Shown in pieces: positions 56,207 to 64,000 of a DNA stretch of 64,000 nt. Made by a program: the position numbers and the translations under genes. Source of the DNA: a bacterium (lineage in GTDB: Bacteria > Hinthialibacterota > Hinthialibacteria > Hinthialibacterales > Hinthialibacteraceae); NCBI GenBank assembly GCA_963663405.2, contig CAXXSM010000100.1, positions 1 to 64,000 on the forward strand, in the 5' to 3' direction. Position 1 is the stretch's first letter, and every line of letters starts with the position of its first letter. Under the pieces are notes generated by a model that did not search any database, was not told where the DNA came from, and saw only the letters and a list, made by a program, of their open reading frames with translations.

Positions 56207-56533
56207 TCAATCCTCTTCCAGTTCTTCATAGACAAAAGTCTTCACTTCTTCCCCTGCGCTCTTCACAGTGACGATTTTTCGCTTATACAATTCTCCTTCA
56301 TCTTCGTAGTCATCTAGAATCATAAAAGTTTTATCATCTAAACCAAATATAATTTCACCTTCAATTTCTCCAGAATCATCTGGATGAATTACAGGATGCC
56401 CAAATTTTGGGCTTGTGAACGCGTATCCCTTCAAGATCGCCTTCTTTCTCCGCTGGAGGCGAAGTCCGGTGATTTCCTCGAATGTTTTTTCATCCAGGAG
56501 CGATCCATAGACAAAGAGATTCTTCACATTCAT
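56207..56533 (-). CDS. Gamma-glutamylcyclotransferase family protein
   Basis: LFVYGSL and LDDYE...YKR motifs. Confidence 0.88.
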   Translation of the reverse strand: MNVKNLFVYGSLLDEKTFEEITGLRLQRRKKAILKGYAFTSPKFGHPVIHPDDSGEIEGEIIFGLDDKTFMILDDYEDEGELYKRKIVTVKSAGEEVKTFVYEELEED

Positions 56534-56538
56534 GGTTC

Positions 56539-58155
56539 CTAACCTTTCTCCTGGGCGTTTTTATCCGATGTCAACCGCAGTACAACGGAATAGAAAATCT
56601 GAGGACGGAAACGAAACATCATACATGGCGGATTGCTGGTCAAAAACGAGCAGACTGGATCATCCAGGTCCGCCATGATATCCGGCAAAAGAGGGATTGT
56701 GATAAATTGCCCTGGATGTGTCACCGGTCCCCATCTCGCCAGTACAGCATATTCAAAATTCTCTTCCAGCCATTCGTATTCACTGGATATTTTTGAATAG
56801 GTATTATGTAGAACCAGAATATCCCCTTCCTTTGGTTTGGTTTCATGCAGTGGAAGGATATCTTCCCGGCCCGACCAGAAGCGCATTTTGACATTATTGG
56901 CGTGCCGCCCATAGGTTTCATCGGACAATACCCGTGCGCCCTTGCCCACTTCGCGCAAAAATCGCGCCGATTCGGCCAAATCCCCAAATGTAGCTCGTTG
57001 ATAGTACAACACCGCGCCTGTCATCCCACTTAGATTGATGAGAACCAAACCGGTCAATCCAACACGAAGGGCTTGATTTTTGATGTTGTCCTTAAGATTG
57101 ATGAATCCCCGGCCCGCTAAGATACACCACAATGGAACCAATGGAAGCAGATACCGGTATTGAAACGATTGAAATACGCTTTGAACAATTAAAAACGTGA
57201 GCGCCGCCAAAAGACTGAAATAGAAAAACTGTTTTTCATCCCTACGTCCCTGAACAAATCGAAATCCACCGATTATCCCTAAAATAAACAAACAATACGT
57301 CACCGCCCAAGGCCAATATAAAACGAATCCTTCAAACATTAAAAAATAGGAGACTATTGTATTCCAAAGACCATAAGACGCGCGTTCAGTAAATTGTCCA
57401 ACATGCCCAAATCCCCGGCTCAGAATCCAGGCTCCTAAAAGCAGCCACGGCAGGAGAGCGAATCCCGTTTTGATTATGGTCATGAGAATCGTGGATTGTT
57501 TCTCGGATCGTTCGATTGAATCCACTGTGTCTGGTGAATCGGATGAGATACGGGAGTTAAATAAAAAATGTCTTATAATCAAATACCCGGCGCAAAGCAG
57601 GAAAAAGAAGGCTTGATATCGGACCAGCGAGGCGAATCCTGTTAATCCGATTAATTCCAGCCACGAGCGCCGGGAATCGGAAAGCGCCTTAAAAAAGACC
57701 CAGCAACAGCCAATAAAGAAAAGACAGAAAAGCGAATCCGTCATGACACGAAGCGACCAGCGGTTGAAAATTGGAGAAAGCGCCAGGAACAGCGTTGCCC
57801 AAAACGCCTCCCGTTCGTTCTTTAGAAGAAATTTTGCAAATGGATAGAACACAATCAACGCGGCCGTGGATGCGAGAATAGAGACCAACCGGCCAGCGAG
57901 CAGGGGGGAGCCCATCAAAGGTTCAAAAATCCATGTCAGCGCGGAATAACCCGGGGGGAAAAAAACTATGGGACTTTCCCACAGCCGCAGCTGAATAATC
58001 CCATCCGTGTATTCTCCCATGTTGAGATTAATGAGACCGAGTTTCACAAGAAGCGAAAGAAGAACGATCCCTAAAACCGGAAGGGGGAATTCACCTTTCC
58101 GGTCAGGTATGTTCTCCGTTGAAATCCTGGATGTAAAAGAATGTATGCTTGACAT
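56539..58155 (-). CDS. ArnT/GT39-like membrane glycosyltransferase
   Basis: Multiple TM helices; FFPPGYS and RYLLPLVP. Confidence 0.8.
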   Translation of the reverse strand: MSSIHSFTSRISTENIPDRKGEFPLPVLGIVLLSLLVKLGLINLNMGEYTDGIIQLRLWESPIVFFPPGYSALTWIFEPLMGSPLLAGRLVSILASTAALIVFYPFAKFLLKNEREAFWATLFLALSPIFNRWSLRVMTDSLFCLFFIGCCWVFFKALSDSRRSWLELIGLTGFASLVRYQAFFFLLCAGYLIIRHFLFNSRISSDSPDTVDSIERSEKQSTILMTIIKTGFALLPWLLLGAWILSRGFGHVGQFTERASYGLWNTIVSYFLMFEGFVLYWPWAVTYCLFILGIIGGFRFVQGRRDEKQFFYFSLLAALTFLIVQSVFQSFQYRYLLPLVPLWCILAGRGFINLKDNIKNQALRVGLTGLVLINLSGMTGAVLYYQRATFGDLAESARFLREVGKGARVLSDETYGRHANNVKMRFWSGREDILPLHETKPKEGDILVLHNTYSKISSEYEWLEENFEYAVLARWGPVTHPGQFITIPLLPDIMADLDDPVCSFLTSNPPCMMFRFRPQIFYSVVLRLTSDKNAQEKG

Positions 58156-58371
58156 AACTCGTTTAATTGGTTAAGTTTATTATTCGAACAATCAAATCCG
58201 CCTTGATTCCGCGGCGTGTTTGTGGTTCAAGGTTATATTGAGGGCTAGTATAGACGAAACGGCAAAAAACAAAACTGAAATATTCGCTTATAAAATTAGT
58301 ATTATTAACTATCTATTATATTAAATTTACCTGAGTTTCGTGTCGAACAGCGCGAAGCAAGATATGGATGA

Positions 58372-58643
58372 GCAGCCGTGAAGGCTGTTTTACTGGTTGC
58401 AGGTCCGTTTTTCCTCCGCGCCTGGAATGAACTTCAAGTTGTTCGTATCTTTCGACGCGATGGCGAATATCCCATAAATATTGCATCTGAATACATTTTT
58501 AAATGTAAGCGCAGGGTAACATATCCGTAAACACAGAGTAAAATACTCAATAAGAATTAAGAATTTTATGGAAATTTAGATTTAATTGATTTGTAATTAT
58601 GGCGATTACAAATACTTTCTTGTAAAGCAGCCTTCATGGCTGC
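58372..58643. repeat. Inverted pair of REP-like palindromes
   Basis: GCAGCCGTGAAGGCTGTTTTAC (58372-58393) and GTAAAGCAGCCTTCATGGCTGC (58622-58643) are reverse complements with 2 mismatches. Confidence 0.65.
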
Positions 58644-58734
58644 CCGATCTTGCGTGAAAACAATCTGAAAGATAAATTCGTAGATTCACTTTGATTGAAT
58701 CTCAATAAAACCACTTTGAGTCGAGAACAAAAGT

Positions 58735-60528
58735 ATGAGTTTTGAAGCGATTTCATCCACGTGTACAACTTTATTCTATTTTTTAGTCGTACTCGGATTG
58801 GCGGTCTTTGTACACGAATGGGGGCATTTTATTGTCGCAAAGTTGGCGGGCGCCAAAGTCGACCGGTTCGCGATCGGATTCGGAAGAGTCGTCTATTCGC
58901 GGGTTTGGCATGAAACCGAGTACTGCGTTTGCGTGTTGCCTTTGGGGGGATACGTTAAAATCCGTGGAATGGATCCGGAAGAAGAACTCACCGGCGCGGA
59001 ATTCGAATATTTACAGATTCCACCCTGGAAACGGATTCTTTTCGTGTTCGCGGGACCATTCATGAATTTCGTTCTCGCCTACCTGATCTACGTATTTCTC
59101 CTGGCGTCGTATGGTGAAGCGTATACCGCTACGAAAACTATCGGCCGTGTCGTGGATGGCTCATGGGGCTGGGAGATGGGCCTGCATGAAGATGACGTGA
59201 TTCTCGAGGTCAATGGAAATCCAGTTTCTTCCTGGGACGAGATTCTTCAATATCAATCCGATCTCAACCGTCCAATCCTCTCCCTCACCATCGAACGAAA
59301 CGGAGAAACATTTACGCGAGAGAAGCCGATTCCTGAGGGATTCGCGAATCCCACGGAAGAGATTGAAATACCGGGGGTTTTTGAAGGCATCCTCGTGACC
59401 GGTGTGTTGCCAGATGGGGCCGCCGCCCGTGGGGGGCTTGGTGTTGGGTATAATATTCTCCGCGTGGATGGCAAATCTCTGGGAACAGACGAAGAATGGT
59501 CTAAATACTTTAAATCCCGGTATGAAGAACTCCCAGACGGCAATCATCGAGCGATCCCCATGGAATTGCTCTGCCTCGATCCACAGGGCGCGACAAAAAC
59601 CTTAACCGTCAATCCTGACTTGGTTCTCCCGGCGAAAGACGCGGAACCCTATCACCCAAAAACCTACTTGGCGATGTCCTATCAGGGAGAAACATCGGTC
59701 CGGGAATATTTAACGCCAACGATCCCCCTTTTAGGCGTCTCACCAAAATTAGCGCCATCCGTCGGCAGTGTTTTGGAAGGCGGACCCGGTGAGACAGCTG
59801 GGATCACAGTGGGATCCCGGATCGTCGAGATCGATGGAAAGCCGGTAGACGATTGGGTTGACGTGCAATTGGCCATCTATGAAACACTGGAGACACAAGA
59901 AGACGGAACCGCAAAAGCCAATCCTATCGAGATCACATGGCACACCCCTGGTTCAGAAATGAAATCCGCATCCATCACACCGGATGTTATCTACCGGCCC
60001 ATCATGACCTCCTCCAGCATTAAAACAGGAAAGGAATACGCGCTGGCGCAGATTGGCCTCGAACGTGAATCGGATCGCCGCAAAATGGGTGTGATCGGAG
60101 CCCTCGTTGGGGGATGGAACCGGCTCACTTTTATGGTGAAATTCATGGTTTCAACGATTTGGAATCTTTTCACTGGAGAAGTTTCCGTTAAAACGCTGGG
60201 AGGACCGATCGCCATTTACAATCTGTCGGGTGAAACAGGCCGATGGGGATTGGAGCGTTTCTTCAGCTTTATCGCTCTGCTTTCGGCCAATTTGGGGATA
60301 CTGAATCTCTTCCCGCTTCCTCCTTTTGATGGTGGGCATATTGTATTTTATCTTCTTGAAATGATCCGCCGTAAGCCACTGACAATGCGGCAGATGGAAA
60401 ATTTCGGCCGTATCGGCTTGATTTTAATTCTTCCATTAATCGCGTTTCTATTTTGGAACGACCTCAATCGAGTTAATTTTTTCTCTAACGTAGGTGAATT
60501 TTTTATGAAAGTGTTTGGTAAGTCATGA
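58735..60528 (+). CDS. rseP: RIP metalloprotease RseP
   Basis: HEWGH, LPLGGYVK, PDZ domains and NLFPLPPFDGG. Confidence 0.95.
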   Translation: MSFEAISSTCTTLFYFLVVLGLAVFVHEWGHFIVAKLAGAKVDRFAIGFGRVVYSRVWHETEYCVCVLPLGGYVKIRGMDPEEELTGAEFEYLQIPPWKRILFVFAGPFMNFVLAYLIYVFLLASYGEAYTATKTIGRVVDGSWGWEMGLHEDDVILEVNGNPVSSWDEILQYQSDLNRPILSLTIERNGETFTREKPIPEGFANPTEEIEIPGVFEGILVTGVLPDGAAARGGLGVGYNILRVDGKSLGTDEEWSKYFKSRYEELPDGNHRAIPMELLCLDPQGATKTLTVNPDLVLPAKDAEPYHPKTYLAMSYQGETSVREYLTPTIPLLGVSPKLAPSVGSVLEGGPGETAGITVGSRIVEIDGKPVDDWVDVQLAIYETLETQEDGTAKANPIEITWHTPGSEMKSASITPDVIYRPIMTSSSIKTGKEYALAQIGLERESDRRKMGVIGALVGGWNRLTFMVKFMVSTIWNLFTGEVSVKTLGGPIAIYNLSGETGRWGLERFFSFIALLSANLGILNLFPLPPFDGGHIVFYLLEMIRRKPLTMRQMENFGRIGLILILPLIAFLFWNDLNRVNFFSNVGEFFMKVFGKS

Positions 60529-62258
60529 GGCAATCCATAGGTTTTTTTCCGACCTTACGCGAAGTCCCTAAAGAAGCGGAAGCAAAAAGTCACATTTTAA
60601 TGTTACGAGCCGGTCTGATCCGGCAATTGGCGGCGGGATTGTATCTCTACCTCCCGCTTGGTTGGCGCGCGTTACGGAAAGTCGAACAGATTGTGCGGGA
60701 AGAGATGGACGCGGCCGGCGCCATTGAAGTGCTGATGCCGGCTCTTCAACCCGATGAACTCTGGGATAAGACGGGACGATTGCAAGCGATCGGACCTGAA
60801 ATGATGCGGCTCAACGACCGCAACGACCGTTCTTTCGTTCTCGGCCCCACACACGAAGAGGTAATTACGCATATTATTGCAGGGGAACTGCGCTCTTACC
60901 GCGATCTCCCTAAAAATATGTATCAAATTCAGACGAAATTCCGTGACGAGCTTCGTCCGCGTTTCGGTGTGGTCCGCGCGCGTGAGTTTATCATGAAGGA
61001 TGGTTATTCGTTCGATGTGGACGAGGAATCCGCCAAACATTCCTATCAAAGTATGTATGAGGCGTACAAAAAAGCTTTCAAGCGATGTGGCTTGACAGCC
61101 ATTCCCGTTGAAGCGGATACCGGCGTCATGGGAGGCGCTCTTTCACATGAATTCATGGTTCCAGCGGAAATCGGGGAAGCGGAAGTCGTCACCTGTTCCG
61201 CCTGCGGTTACCAAGCGAACCGGGAATTGACGGAATCCGCAATCCCGCAGGAAAACGCCCCGGATAGCGCTTCCATCCCTCCGGTCGAGGAAGTCCATAC
61301 TCCCGATCTTCGCACGGTGGAAGAGGTCGCGGAGTTTATGAAAACCACGCCCAGCCAGATGATCAAAACCATGATCTTCAAATCCGGCGATCAGCCGTAT
61401 GTCATTCTGCTGCGTGGCGACCATACCATCAATGAAGCTAAAGTGGCGAAAGCCGTGGGTGGACCGGTCGAGATGGCCGATCCGGAATTAATCTACAAGG
61501 TCACAAACGCCCCCGTCGGATTTGCGGGTCCAGTAGGTCTTAATGGTATAGAGATTTGGGCCGATCATCATATTAAAACAATCCCAAGCGGTGTGACAGG
61601 AGCAAATAAAAAAGACTATCACATTCGAAACGCCGCGCTCGGACGTGACTATAAAGTCAACCGTTGGGAAGATTTCCGCGCCGTGGACGCGGATGATCCT
61701 TGCCCAAAATGTGTGAGTGGAAAACTTGCAATCAGCTGGGGCATCGAAATTGGTCATGTCTTTGTACTTGGCACAAAATATAGTGTCGCCCTCGACGCGT
61801 ACTTCACCGACGAGAAGGGAAACCGGAAACCGATGGTCATGGGATGCTATGGAATCGGGATCAGCCGTACCCTCGCGGCGGCGATCGAAGAGCACGCCGA
61901 CGAAAATGGAATTGTATGGCCGGTATCGATTGCTCCATATCACGTTCATATTCTTAACCTTACGCCAAAGAATGACGAAGTCAACCAAGTTTCGAACCAA
62001 CTTTACGAAACCTTCCAGCAACATGGTTTGGAAGTTTTAATGGACGACCGTGACGAACGACCCGGCAGTAAGTTTAAAGACTCGGATCTTCTCGGATTGC
62101 CATATAGAGTTGTCATCGGTGAAAAGGGATTGCGTGACGGGAAGGTCGAATTTGTCGAACGCAAAACCTTGGCGATGGAAAAATTGACGCCGGATGAATG
62201 TGTCAAAACCGTCCTGCAGAAATACGAACAAGAATCTACAGCATTGAAGAGTGTTTAA
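60525..62258 (+). CDS. proS: Proline--tRNA ligase
   Basis: LGPTHEE, FRDELRPRFGVVRAREF, GIEIGHVF and MGCYGIG. Confidence 0.98.
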   Translation: MRQSIGFFPTLREVPKEAEAKSHILMLRAGLIRQLAAGLYLYLPLGWRALRKVEQIVREEMDAAGAIEVLMPALQPDELWDKTGRLQAIGPEMMRLNDRNDRSFVLGPTHEEVITHIIAGELRSYRDLPKNMYQIQTKFRDELRPRFGVVRAREFIMKDGYSFDVDEESAKHSYQSMYEAYKKAFKRCGLTAIPVEADTGVMGGALSHEFMVPAEIGEAEVVTCSACGYQANRELTESAIPQENAPDSASIPPVEEVHTPDLRTVEEVAEFMKTTPSQMIKTMIFKSGDQPYVILLRGDHTINEAKVAKAVGGPVEMADPELIYKVTNAPVGFAGPVGLNGIEIWADHHIKTIPSGVTGANKKDYHIRNAALGRDYKVNRWEDFRAVDADDPCPKCVSGKLAISWGIEIGHVFVLGTKYSVALDAYFTDEKGNRKPMVMGCYGIGISRTLAAAIEEHADENGIVWPVSIAPYHVHILNLTPKNDEVNQVSNQLYETFQQHGLEVLMDDRDERPGSKFKDSDLLGLPYRVVIGEKGLRDGKVEFVERKTLAMEKLTPDECVKTVLQKYEQESTALKSV

Positions 62259-62300
62259 TACTAGGGGATTAGGTAGAAGGCTGAAGACTGAAGGAAGACG

Positions 62301-62337
62301 AAAAGCCCAGGGCTTGCCCTGGGCGTTGTGTTTTTTT
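62301..62337 (+). terminator. Hairpin/terminator after proS
   Basis: GCCCAGGG-CTTG-CCCTGGGC followed by a T-rich tract. Confidence 0.6.
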
Positions 62338-62362
62338 GATTGAAGCCGGTGGTTGGTTAAAA

Positions 62363-63316
62363 ATGCTAAAAGTCATATCCGCAATCGATGATTGTTCATT
62401 CGATAAGAGTGACAATGTTGTAACCGCCTTGGGATTCTTTGATGGGCTCCATTTGGCGCACCGCCGCATCGTGGAAGAATGTAAACGACGCGCGCGGGCC
62501 CGTAATGGCTTATGCGTTGTATTTACGTTTCAGAACCATCCCTCCTCTATCTTAACTCCTGATTTTTCAACCCATTTACTCACTCCTTATCCACTCAAAC
62601 TGAAACTATTGGAAGCGATGGAAGTCGACGTGGTAATCGGCGTTCCATTTGACATGACGTTCAGCCATACAGAAGCGGAGAATTTCATCGATCGGATTTT
62701 ATGCGAGAAATTGAAAACGCATGAGATTGTGGTTGGATACGATTTCCATTTTGGCCGGGAGCGGAAAGGAACCGCCGCTCTTCTGCAGTCATACGTTCCC
62801 AGCGAGTTTGATGAAGTCACCGTCATCGAACAAATGCGCCTGGAAAATGACACCATCAGCAGCACGAACATCCGCCGTTCCATCCAACTCGGTGAACTGG
62901 ATCGAGCCGCTAATTTACTTGGGCGGCCCTACCAACTTTATGGCCAAGTTACCGAAGGCGACGGACGTGGGCGTGAGATCGGATTTCCCACCGCCAATCT
63001 CAATACATCCGGCCAAATTCTACCCCCAAAAGGCGTCTATGGCGTCCGTTTCCGGAAAGAATCCATCAACGCGCAAGGCGAATGGGGAGTCATGAACGTA
63101 GGAACAATTCCAACATTCAAAGAAGGAGAACAACTCTCCGTCGAAATCCACCTTCTCGACAGCAACGAAAACCTCTACGGAATCACCGCGATTGTAGATA
63201 TCCTCCAATTCATCCGCCCCGAACAGAAATTCCCCAATCCCAACGCGCTGATTGCGCAAATTCACTCCGATATACAGACCTTCCGGGATTGGATTGAGAT
63301 TCATGACGGCAAATGA
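62363..63316 (+). CDS. ribF: Bifunctional riboflavin kinase/FAD synthetase
   Basis: GFFDGLHLAH, VGYDFHFG, ISSTNIR and GREIGFPTAN. Confidence 0.97.
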   Translation: MLKVISAIDDCSFDKSDNVVTALGFFDGLHLAHRRIVEECKRRARARNGLCVVFTFQNHPSSILTPDFSTHLLTPYPLKLKLLEAMEVDVVIGVPFDMTFSHTEAENFIDRILCEKLKTHEIVVGYDFHFGRERKGTAALLQSYVPSEFDEVTVIEQMRLENDTISSTNIRRSIQLGELDRAANLLGRPYQLYGQVTEGDGRGREIGFPTANLNTSGQILPPKGVYGVRFRKESINAQGEWGVMNVGTIPTFKEGEQLSVEIHLLDSNENLYGITAIVDILQFIRPEQKFPNPNALIAQIHSDIQTFRDWIEIHDGK

Positions 63317-63585
63317 GTTTGATGATGTCATGCTTAATTCTAAGACGCTTTTTTTGTTAATCTTTGGTGAAATCTGATAATCGGCGCTAAAATAGGAATC
63401 AATCACCTTTTACTCGATTCTCCATGTCTAAACACTATTTGATGAGAGCAATGCAACAAGAATAGTTGGCAATACGAAATCCATAGCCTCGTCTCTTCGC
63501 GCCGCTTTAACGAGTGGAACCTTTTGTTAATGTAAAACTAACAATTAAGTCTTAAAAGGTATGATGGATAATGATTGCAAATTGG

Positions 63586-64000
63586 ATGAAGAATAAGTAT
63601 GAGCGCGCTTTCACACTTATCGAACTTCTTATTGTCGTCGCGATTATAGGGATTCTGGCCGCGATCGCTGTTCCCAATTTTTTACAAGCGCAGATTCGCG
63701 CAAAAATTTCCAGAGCCGCCAGCGATCAACGGACTATATCAGTCGCGTTGGATAATTATTTTCTCGACCATAACTCGTATCCACCAGAACGCGCCACCAG
63801 CGCCAATTACATGAGAGGGTATACGTATCTAAGCACACCCGTGGCCTATTTAAACAATATTTTGCTCGATCCTTTTGGACTTAGTAACCTCAGCGATTCA
63901 CAACGCGGCGACGATTTCGACGCGCAATACGAGTTCTATGTAACCCGCCTAAGCGGTAACGCCAATAACATGTTCAACATTGAAAGCGTCGGCCCTGATG
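63586..64000 (+). CDS. Prepilin-type N-terminal cleavage/methylation protein (partial; not in ORF track)
   Basis: Manual translation MKNKYERAFTLIELLIVVAIIGILAAIAVPNFLQAQIRAK; runs off the window. Confidence 0.9.
   Translation, partial: MKNKYERAFTLIELLIVVAIIGILAAIAVPNFLQAQIRAKISRAASDQRTISVALDNYFLDHNSYPPERATSANYMRGYTYLSTPVAYLNNILLDPFGLSNLSDSQRGDDFDAQYEFYVTRLSGNANNMFNIESVGPD

Noticed and set aside
1-64000. CRISPR array or rRNA
   Set aside because: No regularly spaced repeat-spacer series or rRNA-like sequence was seen.

Overview
Bacterial chromosomal window. A 36-kb accessory region (1-36.5 kb) is followed by mostly ordinary genes (sugar kinase, M14 peptidase, recO, rseP, proS, ribF, a prepilin-type gene). 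The accessory part holds four things. (i) A minus-strand integron-type cassette array with at least four attC sites, no intI in view and an IS1380 insertion. (ii) An AT-rich sigma-like/Lon-protease-domain/methyltransferase operon beside a tyrosine integrase. (iii) A 14.9-kb phage-satellite-like element between two 48-bp copies of the 3' half of tRNA-Arg(TCT). It carries DUF3800 plus a structured RNA, a switch, an iteron-bearing Rep, a mini TopoVI-B ATPase, terS, a tape measure, portal and HK97 capsid, but no recognisable terL, protease or other tail genes. (iv) The highlight: a complete diversity-generating retroelement (avd-RT-TR) with two targets, TIR-FGE and SEFIR/TIR-NACHT-FGE. Their C-terminal variable repeats differ from the template only at adenines (19 and 16 substitutions by manual alignment), suggesting hypermutated NLR/TIR-type immune receptors. 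Many genes between about 9.5 and 43 kb are split by frameshifts, often near homopolymers, so those gene models were reconstructed by eye. These may be sequencing errors or decay. No database searches were run; family calls come from motif recognition.
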